Source: Psammoneis japonica (taxonomy: Eukaryota). Taken from it: DNA of 64,000 nt. Position 1 is the stretch's first letter; each line of letters starts with the position of its first letter. Where the stretch lies: assembly GCA_008632985.1 (NCBI GenBank), contig QPGO01000101.1:1-64000 (forward strand), written 5' to 3'. A model generated the notes under the pieces. It was given only the letters and a program-made list of their open reading frames with translations. It did not search any database and was not told the origin of the DNA. The translations under genes were made by a program, and so were the position numbers. This document shows, one piece after another, positions 1-8,935 of the stretch.

Positions 1-3000
1 GTCCAAGGACTCGCACGCTGATGTCATGATTCCAACGGTGAATAAACTCATACAGCAAAGCAACAACAAGCCTGGGGGAGTAGTTGAAGGCCCTGAGAAG
101 CTGCCGCACCTTCTGATGATATCCTTCAAGCGCGCTGGTTCCGCGAAGACACTTGAAAATAGGGATCCCATACGAGTCAGTGCCGACTTGAACGTAGTAT
201 GACATCAAAGGGATGTCGCTGAGGCATCCTTTTCGTATGTGGTGAAGAGTCGACTGGTAGAGGTTCCACGCCTTTTTTTGGAAGAGCGGTTTCTTTGTCT
301 TCGCATCAAGTACTTTTGCTAGAAGATTCACTAGGTTGGTGAATTCTCGCTCCAACTCCTTTGGACCTGGCACAGCACGACGGACTCTTTTGCGAAAAAA
401 GCTCCAAGGCAACGCGTTGATCTCGTCTTCACTCAGGCCGCTCTTTCGCAATGCTTCCTTCACAAACTCAATATCTGTCTGGTATGGAACAAAGAAAACA
501 TCCGATAGTCGAGCCATAAACACCCCAAATGCACCATGGTTTTTGGAGATGACCTTCCCGAATCGAATAAATATATGTTCAATATCTTGTTTCGTGTGGA
601 ATTGACGCTCGTGGTGCGTTGGTGAGTCCTCCATATTTACGTCACATTCACCTTCAACGTCTAAATCACACTCATAATCGTCATCTTCATTCTCAATCTC
701 CGGCGGTGGTACTGCAGCAGGCGGAACAAAATCGTCGGTGATATCATCGCGATCCGAAATTCGCTCCTCCACTCTTTGCGTGTGTATTTCAAACTCCGTA
801 GCATTACATTGAGTATCGGGGACGATCCGTAAGTTTCGCACTTCCCATAAAATTTCTGTTGTGCCATCTGCAGTTATCTCCTCAATGCATTTCTTCTCCA
901 TCTTTGGCACAGTTGCTGAAGGACGCTTAACATTATCGAGTCGAACTTTAACAGCCGCGCGATCGACCGAAATGCCAAACGAAGATACCGATTCTGCTGG
1001 GCCCACATAGCTTGCTTCCGCAACAATGGCAGATTTGTTGGTGGTGTACAACAACAATTTGTCATTCTGCTTTAGTTGCTTCATATCTGGCGGCGGAATC
1101 ACTCTTGGATCGACATACGGCATGGCGGCCATTTTCAAGTAGGACATCATTTGAACCCAGGAGTCAATAGCAGCATAACGATAGTGCTCTTCATCAATAG
1201 TAGCTGCTTTCCAATCATACAGACGCAGGCGGTTGTCTTTATTGACGCCATATCCAAAAAGTGCTTTTGCTATGTCATGCAAACCAACCGTCGCCCTTTC
1301 AATGACACCTCGTTCCTTTGCCACATTCTGCAGGTTGATTGCGTTGGTCAACGATATGCCAATCTGCTTGAGCTTCCTTTGGTCTGCTGAGATCTTGGAC
1401 GCAACTTTACTTATTGTGTTTGACTCCAAAAGAAGCTTGAGTCCATCAGGAAATGGAGACACAAACACGTAGTTCTCCAAATCAGGCGTAGTAATTTGAA
1501 CAGTGTGAGGGCCATCCTCCGTCCCAACGGTCCACTCGGTGTCAATCGAAACTACATCCCAATTGTTGTCAGCGCACTTGGCAAGAATGTCCTTTGCTGT
1601 GGCATCAGCAACTTCTTTCGTAGAAAATGTGATAGGCGGCTTCGGAAGATCAAGATACTCAACATACTTGTACCCCTTACGAGGTTCGTCGGCACCAGTT
1701 TCACGTTGCGGCTCGGCATCACCCAAGATGGCATGATCCATTTCCTCTTCTGATTCTGGAACAAATGAATGGAAGATTGGTTCCTTGCCCTTGTTCTTAT
1801 CACCTTCATAAAATGATCGCTCATTGCAGCAGCGGTCCGTGGTGAACACGATTGGGCCTTTGAAACCGTGAATTCTGTACCGACGGTTGAGACCGCGTAG
1901 GCTATCCTCAACTTCCAGCAAGGTTGTACCGGTGACGAGTCGGAATAGAAGTATTTGTCCAAACTCGTTCATAACCGAGTACAATCCAACGAAACCTCGT
2001 TTGTTCTCGATCAGAACAACCTTTCCGATTTTGATAAAATGATCCCCAGACAAAAACAGACCACCATTCATCGTCATCTTGTGACGATAATATGGAATGT
2101 TTGACTCAATTTCCGATATGGTTACTTCCAACAGGTACGCTAGGGACGGTGCTTGCATTTCCGACCTGTCGTCGTCAGCGTCGAAGTACAAAGAGCGATT
2201 CTTGACTCGACTCTCCTTTCTAACCGCATTGTGGGCCGAATTGACGTATCCTCGCCACATCTTTGCCTTCATAGCATGAGTCTGTTTATATTGTTCAATA
2301 AGAGACTTGAGAAAGCCAAGCCCACTCATTCCATGTGAAAGCTCCGATCTCATCCTGTCGACAAGTGTCCATTTGATTGCTCCTTTAGACGTAATTCTGT
2401 GACCATTTTGTCTCCACCAACCTTGAACAAACTCAGGTGCTTGCGACAGCACTCCAGAGTCATGACTATAGAATGTGTAGCTGTCCTTGTTCCGAGTGCC
2501 ATTGGTCTCCGCTTGCATTCGAGTGCACAAGTATCGTCGCCCAACGAAAGCTTCATTTTGCTTCTCCCCATGTGCGCGCCTGACATGATCTGAACACCCA
2601 AGATGCTTAACACAGGCAGACTCTCCAGGATGAAAAGGGCAGCAGGGCCTGTACTCTGGCCAATACAATGACCGCCAACGATCCTCTGGCCCAAAAAACA
2701 TGATAGGCGGTATGGCGAAATCCTCGCGACAGAGACACGTTGCACTCGGCTCTTCCGTACTTTCTTGTCCTGGAGGAAAAGGGAAGTTGTTGATGGGGTC
2801 AGATGAAAGATCTACCATGGGAGAGGCAAACAACCGAGGCCAGCTTCCGTATGGCTCATGTTTGCCGTTCGCCTGGAAGCCAACAGACGTCTTGCGGTAT
2901 TCTGACAGCTTGTCGTACACGGCCAAGGTGTGTGACGTGAAAGATCCTTTCAAACTCCCATCAACTACATTGTCATCTACTTCTTGACGTGAAACTTTTG

Positions 3001-3331
3001 CTGCTCTGTTGACAGCTCGAGTTTCTGCAGCCCTCTTTGCTCGACGGCTCCTAGCAGCATCTTTGCCACTCTCGACACGAGCTTTGTCCTTTTCAGACGC
3101 TTTCTTCGACGCTTTCATCATTCTGGCCAATGTGCTCTCTGCCAATCTCTTGTTCTTTCTTATGGCTTCATTCTTTGCAGAATATGGGTTGTGTACAGGA
3201 CAATGTGAGCCCTGATTCATGTTGTTTGTTTCCTTGATACACTTCACAAACGTCCATACTAATGCGTTGATGTTATCAGTTGCGCCAGAAAAATGCCGAT
3301 CCGTTGAATACAAATTGATTTGCAGGTTCAT
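1..3331 (-). CDS. KDZ/Zisupton-like DNA transposase with an inserted WRN-type (DEDDy) 3'-5' exonuclease domain; 3'-partial, runs off the window start
   Basis: Manual translation gives one uninterrupted frame of about 1110 codons from ATG 3331 (alternative ATG 3220) to position 2 with no stop, which is why the ORF track lacks it. Transposase-like motifs: LSGDHFIKIGK, YSVMNEFGQI, FTTDRCCNE, GCLSD, FKCLRGTSALEGYHQK. Exonuclease motifs: VSIDTEW (~1530-1555) and YDW...YRYAAIDSW (~1160-1220). Confidence 0.75.
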   Translation of the reverse strand, partial: MNLQINLYSTDRHFSGATDNINALVWTFVKCIKETNNMNQGSHCPVHNPYSAKNEAIRKNKRLAESTLARMMKASKKASEKDKARVESGKDAARSRRAKRAAETRAVNRAAKVSRQEVDDNVVDGSLKGSFTSHTLAVYDKLSEYRKTSVGFQANGKHEPYGSWPRLFASPMVDLSSDPINNFPFPPGQESTEEPSATCLCREDFAIPPIMFFGPEDRWRSLYWPEYRPCCPFHPGESACVKHLGCSDHVRRAHGEKQNEAFVGRRYLCTRMQAETNGTRNKDSYTFYSHDSGVLSQAPEFVQGWWRQNGHRITSKGAIKWTLVDRMRSELSHGMSGLGFLKSLIEQYKQTHAMKAKMWRGYVNSAHNAVRKESRVKNRSLYFDADDDRSEMQAPSLAYLLEVTISEIESNIPYYRHKMTMNGGLFLSGDHFIKIGKVVLIENKRGFVGLYSVMNEFGQILLFRLVTGTTLLEVEDSLRGLNRRYRIHGFKGPIVFTTDRCCNERSFYEGDKNKGKEPIFHSFVPESEEEMDHAILGDAEPQRETGADEPRKGYKYVEYLDLPKPPITFSTKEVADATAKDILAKCADNNWDVVSIDTEWTVGTEDGPHTVQITTPDLENYVFVSPFPDGLKLLLESNTISKVASKISADQRKLKQIGISLTNAINLQNVAKERGVIERATVGLHDIAKALFGYGVNKDNRLRLYDWKAATIDEEHYRYAAIDSWVQMMSYLKMAAMPYVDPRVIPPPDMKQLKQNDKLLLYTTNKSAIVAEASYVGPAESVSSFGISVDRAAVKVRLDNVKRPSATVPKMEKKCIEEITADGTTEILWEVRNLRIVPDTQCNATEFEIHTQRVEERISDRDDITDDFVPPAAVPPPEIENEDDDYECDLDVEGECDVNMEDSPTHHERQFHTKQDIEHIFIRFGKVISKNHGAFGVFMARLSDVFFVPYQTDIEFVKEALRKSGLSEDEINALPWSFFRKRVRRAVPGPKELEREFTNLVNLLAKVLDAKTKKPLFQKKAWNLYQSTLHHIRKGCLSDIPLMSYYVQVGTDSYGIPIFKCLRGTSALEGYHQKVRQLLRAFNYSPRLVVALLYEFIHRWNHDISVRVLG

Positions 3332-3428
3332 TGTCTTTATTTTTTATGTGTCATTCTACGCAAAAGCGACATCAAATGCTAGTCAAGAATTGCATTTCTG
3401 TATTATTAGCTATTTGAAATCCCGACGT

Positions 3429-3514
3429 TAATCATTTAGGTCTCTTCACTAATCATTTAGCAGTCTTTGTGCCGAAGTAGAAATTTTATTTAGGGGGCAT
3501 CACTAACCATTTAG
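3429..3514. repeat. three short direct repeats TAA(T/C)CATTTAG upstream of the transposase, possibly subterminal repeats
   Basis: Copies at 3429-3439, 3450-3460 and 3504-3514. Confidence 0.4.
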
Positions 3515-3692
3515 CTTACTCTGGCTCGAAGTCGTTTAACGAGATGGGTTATGGGCTTATCGTTAACCAGCCACGAGCATGAAATCTTTGCCCATTTTTC
3601 TGCACATGTCATGACCTCCCCGGCGAACTGATAATTGGGCGGCCATTCCGGCCTCGGCATCCCTAATAAGAGCACTATGTGCATCGTCGGTC

Positions 3693-3963
3693 TGTCTCAC
3701 CGCAGCCTCTCCTCAGTTTTAGAGTCATCTTGAAGGAGCACACACACCTAGGTTCAAATCATCAACGGTCCTCGCACCATGACAGGATTTAAACAAGATT
3801 GACCAACTCGATTAAATCCGACCCATCAACCTGAAAAATTGCGATACCCAGGAATCGAACCTAGGTCCTCTTATAACCGGTTACCGACTAAACCATTTAC
3901 CGCATTCTTCAAACTGACAGGCTTTTTGTACATAGTCACACATGTTTCAGCCAGAGAGTGACA
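3693..3963. mobile_element. LTR-like segment bounded by TGTC...GACA
   Basis: Starts tgtctcac, ends gagagtgaca, 271 bp. No matching TSD and no partner copy in the window. Confidence 0.35.
3840..3903 (-). ncRNA. tRNA-like Pol III cassette lacking an anticodon arm
   Basis: Minus strand reads GCGGTAAA-TGGTTTAGTCGGTAACC-GGTTATAAGAGGA-CCTAGGTTCGATTCCTGGG-TATCGCA then ATTTTT. It has an A box, a B box (GGTTCGATTCC), acceptor, D and T stems and a T5 terminator, but only 13 nt between the D and T arms. Confidence 0.55.
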
Positions 3964-3989
3964 TGCACCTTTAATTTCTTCTTAGAATT

Positions 3990-6753
3990 CTGTCACATTC
4001 GGCGTCAGTGTAAGGTCGCATGGCAACATAAGGCAGGCCAGCCTTGATGTCAATGGGGATGACATAGCCATCAGGAGTGGCGGTGCGTTGCAAGCCGTTG
4101 GGCACCTTGACAGAGCGATCGTTGACATCCTGTTTGCACCATTCGAGCTGGCCGCAGGAGTGGATGGTCTTGCCCTTTCCCGTGCATGCGTGCTGATGGA
4201 GGATGGCGATGACGGGACCACGCTGGGTCTCAATGACGGCACCAGCGGTGACAATGGGGATGTCCACCAATTGATGATCGTCAATGTGCAGCACGCGACT
4301 GTCACACACACGTTTGTGATTGCACATCATTTGCACGTCAATCGCGCCACAGTCGTGGATGCGTGCAAAGGACAGAACGATCACACAGAGTTGATCGGAT
4401 GTCGAGAATTGCAAATACGATCGATTGACGATGTTGACATCTTGCGTGTCAACAGCAATCGCACCCGGACAATCTGTTGTCACGAACACATTCTCTGAAA
4501 GGCCTTTTGTCTGCAGAAGCAGCGCAGAAGCTTCAGGCCATTGAAAACTCGTTCGGAGAAACCAAAAATCACAGAGCAAAATCTAATCTCACAATTTCCA
4601 CTTTTCGCACACTGTTCTACTTTCGTTTGCACTCGTTCTTCGAGCACAGTGCAAATGCCCTGAACGTCGACTTGGCGAGAGGTGCGTGCGATGACGCGGA
4701 TGTCGTCGCCAGCAATGCCGCCGTTGGCCCCACGATCGACTAGAGCGCCAGTGCGTGTGGAGCGATGAGCAGAGGCAGAGCAAATGACATTGTGGTTGTC
4801 AACGCGGTGGCAAGTGCGGCCGTCAAGTTCTGTGTCATCTGCAGAAGCTGGCGGGGTAGAGGAAGCGGCGGATGGCCCCGGTCGACTGGCATTGGGGGCT
4901 TGGTTAGGAGACAACAGATGTTGCAGATCACCGGGTGGCAGTGGCTTGCGCTTGGTGAGGTGCGCCAGGATGGGATCATCCGAAATGGCGTCCACATGTG
5001 CAGCGGAGTCACCACAGTCAGCAGGAGTCGTGTTGGACAAGTTGACATCACCGTCACTCCCAAGGTGTTGGTCGTGAAGGTTGGCCGTAACAGACTCATG
5101 GCAGCCACTGGCTCGCGGGTTGCGGGGAGGCGGACGAGAGTGCTCAAGGATGATCGCCTTGGAGGAATCGGGCAACGAATCCCAGAGCCGTTGGTGGTCG
5201 GGAGGGAGACGTCTCCATTGGACACCAGTGAGGCTGGGACCACGGGTGCAGGCAGCATTGGCTTGAAGGACGTCAATGTCGCTGTCAATGTCGCAGAACA
5301 CATCGTCGGACGGTTCCTCGGAGTGGACGTCGTGTGCGCACATGGCGCGTCGGGGAGCTCGAGGTGTTGTCTTGGGTTGAAACGTGCTGTCGCACTGAGC
5401 TGCCGCGGAGAGGAGCAAGCCACAGTGTTGATCGTATGTGAGGCTCTTGCCACTCTGCGTACGATGCTGATCAGCTTGGTTCTTGACAGCACGAAGTTCC
5501 TCGACAGGGTGCACGGCATTCTCGAGCATGACGCGCTTCTGTCCTTCAGAGAAGTGGTCGCTGGCGGGGATGAGTGCCTCGCACTTGCGCAACTGATCTT
5601 GCCAATGAAGGATGAACCCGTGGGTCGGACCTTTCCAAGTGCCATCACCAAGACGTGCGGTGGTGAGGTGCGTGAGCAGGGTGGAGGACTCGACAGATGC
5701 ACGGGTGGAGGCAAGCGCGCATTCAGACAAGGAGCGGCAGACGGTCTGTGCGTCAGAGGACCCCACATTTTCGCGAATGAGAGCCTTGCCCTTGTCAGTG
5801 AGAAGGATGCGTTCGAAGACGGCGAACATGCACTTTTGCTGTTCAGCAAAGAGCAGTTTGTCTTCGGGGCTGGTCGGTTTGTACGACGAGTCTAGAGTGC
5901 ACTCGACGTCTTGGGCACGGGCTTGTGCCACAAGTGAGGTGTGCCAAGTGTGCCACTGCTTGTCGGATTTGAGAGCCGTGAAAGCGGTGGGATCACGCTT
6001 GATGCCTCGCTTGAAGTCTCGCACCGGGTCGCGTGCCTTGGTCGGGTTGGTGACATGTGGAGGTGCAAGGGGTGAGCTGCCGATGGACAGAGAGGACATG
6101 CAGTTCGGGCTGAGGCGGCAGGCAAGGAACTCGTCATGCATGAACAAAGAGGAGTCGTTGGCAACGTCAAGACCTTTGTGTGCTTTGACAATGTACAGGC
6201 TAACTAGTGCTGCTAACATGTTCTTATAACCACGGGGCAAAGGGATTACATTGGTGCCGTTGTCGCACTCAAGCGAGTCGATTTGGGACGGCATGAACGT
6301 GAATGGTTCCTGATGCGAGTCCGTGCCGTCTTGGGCCAAAGCCAAACGAAGAGGACTCCCAGCACCTTGGGCAAGCACGGTTCCAACAACGTGCTCGAAA
6401 CCATCGGTTTGTTGCTGACGAGTGAGAACCATGGCAGACAAAAGTGGTGTCAGGACAATCAATTCTGGTTGGGAAGCGAAGGTGGACTCGAAACTTGGGT
6501 GAGAACAGACTTGACTTGAAATGGACTTGACTTGAAATCTTGAACTATCTTAAAATCAGAAGTCGCCGGGCTTTGTTATCCCGTTCGTTGTCAAGTGCTA
6601 AACTTCCTGTCCGGACCGTAGAGTTGTGCCGGCACGTCCGAACCCGCAGCCAGTGGTGCTTTGGGTTGCTTACGAGCGGAGTAGCGGGTTGTAAACCCCT
6701 GCAGGCAAGCTGACCAGAGGTGGACAAGACCCCCGAACCGTTCTTATTTTACA
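3990..6753 (-). mobile_element. truncated diatom Ty1/copia (CoDi-like) retrotransposon: gag plus protease region, TpA-mutated
   Basis: ORF 4480-6462 has RDFKRGIKRDPTAF, GFILHWQDQLR, MLENAVHP and the protease motif ALVDRGANGGIAGDD. It resumes after an insertion as IDDHQLVDIPIVTAGAV...GKGKTIHSCGQLE...GLPYVAMRPYTD and breaks near 3990. The 5' boundary is approximate. Confidence 0.8.
4287..4653. mobile_element. solo LTR nested in the copia protease region, with 4-bp TSD
   Basis: 367-bp insert TGCA...TGCA flanked by AATG (4283-4286 and 4654-4657). Removing it restores ...VDVQG-I-DDHQLVDIP... Confidence 0.75.
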
Positions 6754-8356
6754 TCGGTTGGATTTCCCGATCAGGCTGGCCAGTTGACGCAGGCGTCAGG
6801 CGCTGTGGACGAACGAACAAACGCGGGAAAGCACCCTCGCCCCAACGCAGGCTGTAATCACGGCTGCTTGCTCTCACAGTCATCCTCGTGGACCTGGCAG
6901 AACTGTAGAGCACCAGCAGTCCGGGGTAGATCAGGTGCAATGGACTCGGTGTGCTTGTAGAGTGGTGGCAAAACCGCAGTCCGAAGAGTGGGTACAGGTT
7001 CTTGGCCGTGAAGATGTGTATATGTGCACATGTCTTCAGCGACGAAGATCCTTGAACATGTGGGGTTCTTGACCTTTAACCGATGAACAGGTGTGTCAAG
7101 GGATGAGGATCAAGGATAGACTTGGATGTGACCGTTGAATGTATGTCTTCAGCGATCAAAGGCAGTGTGATCAATCCAGACATCCAGCGGTAAGGAGACT
7201 TGACGGTGACATTAACTTCCTGCCGATGCCCTGGTGTTGAATGCGCGTAGACTTGCCGATGTATGTAGAACACATACGGAGGTCCACGTAGAATTGAAAT
7301 AGCGTCGTTGGTAAATCAACGACGACGATGGCGGTTGCTCAATGGGTTGACAATGAGCAAGACTGTTAATCTGACAGAAATTGAAGGCAAATGGCAAGAA
7401 TTCAAACAATGACTCCTTGCTGCTGTCTAAACAGCAGATGAGTCTCCGCTCAGAGACCGTTGCAGGAGCCAAAAGACGTGCAAGTCGGTGTGATCGGGCT
7501 GCTGTTGTTGTTCTTGTGAGCCTTGTGGCTCGAAAGCAAACTACATCGCGCGTGAACGCGCGGAACTAAAGCACACAAAACTGTGCGCGGTAAACTGAAC
7601 AGCGCGCGATGCTTCGCGCGCATCCAAATCCTGTTCAAATCCTGTCACTGAAAGATGCAAACATGATCTGAATCGCCGCACCCAACTCCCCAGAGTGGCA
7701 GGTTGACTGTGTTCTTCCCACCCTCCTCCACTGTTCCCGTCTTGGGCCAAAAGTTGTCATCGTGTCGATGGATCGATGCAAATGAACAGTTTTCTTGGAG
7801 AGTCTAATCGCGTTCCATCAGTTTCTGGGTGAACGTAATTTTGAATTCAATGATCACATTCAGCACTAAAGATGTAAATGCAATGTAATTTTAAATTTAA
7901 CAATCACATTCAGCACTTGAGATTTTTGCAATTTTTGTGCCAAATTGTTTGTGGAAGCACGGGATGTCAAAGAAGCCGCCATCACTTCGCACAACTTGGC
8001 ATTTCCACAACACATTGACGGTCACAATCAGCAACACAGTTACATCGAATCGGCTTTGTTCTACATTGAAACATGAGAACAGAGAAATGCTGCCGAAAAG
8101 AGACCCACAACAGTTGACTGATTTCTTCGTGGAACACTTGAAATCTCTCTTTCAAGTGGACTCTTTGGAAGATGTTCCGTTGAACTCAAAAGGAAGCATC
8201 GATTTGAGCACCGAGCAATGTGACAATCTAAAAGACGCTGTCAAGCGGTTTGCTGACATCAATGATGAGAGGAAAGTTGGCAAAAAAGTCGTCAGCAAAT
8301 TGAACACTCTTTTAGGAAGAGACCAAGAACGTCAGTGTGTTGCAAACCAGTCAAAA

Positions 8357-8590
8357 GAACAAGTCGAACGTCGACGTTTTCGAGAACGTGTGGCCAACAT
8401 GGATCCAGAACCAGCCGAACATTGACGTGCTCGACATCGTGTAGCCAACATGGATCCAGAACAAGTCGAACGTCGAAATGCTCGACATCGTGCAGCCAAC
8501 ATGGATCCAGAACAAGTCGAACGTCGAAATGCTCGATGTCGCGTGGGAAACATGACAGCAGCACAAGTCGAACATCGAAATGCTCGATGT
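8357..8590 (+). repeat. 51-bp coding tandem repeat, about 4.5 copies (EQVERRNARHRAANMDP)
   Basis: Units start at 8357, 8408, 8459, 8510 and 8561, within a decayed ORF beginning near 8088. Confidence 0.85.
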
Positions 8591-8935
8591 TGCCTTTGTT
8601 GCGCGATGAATGCAGCCTTTTGCCTCATTTCAAGACACAGGAGTCGCCGAAATCAGATCTTGCATGGCAGTCAATGCACCAGTGCCACTGCACGAATGCA
8701 ACTTGATTGTAAAATCGAGTTTTGGGAGCAATTTCTGGTTGATCTCATTCGTGGCAGATGTGGATCAATGCCAGAGCATGCGGAATTTTTGTCTTCATTG
8801 AACACTTTGAACAAAATAGAACACTGTTTCAAAAGCATTGGCGAGTGTTGCTCGTTTCTCATGGACTCTCTTGCGATTCATTGCACTCACTGTTTTGTTT
8901 TCTTCTGTTGTTGTTTTGTTTTCCTCTGTCACAGG

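Noticed and set aside
336..3431. Short ORFs listed in the track for 336-3431
   Set aside because: They are shadows of the long minus-strand transposase frame.
3840..3903. Functional tRNA gene
   Set aside because: There is no anticodon stem-loop, so it is reported as tRNA-like only.
3693..3963. 3' LTR of the copia element at 3990-6753
   Set aside because: No similarity to the 6550-7210 region and no adjacent PPT.
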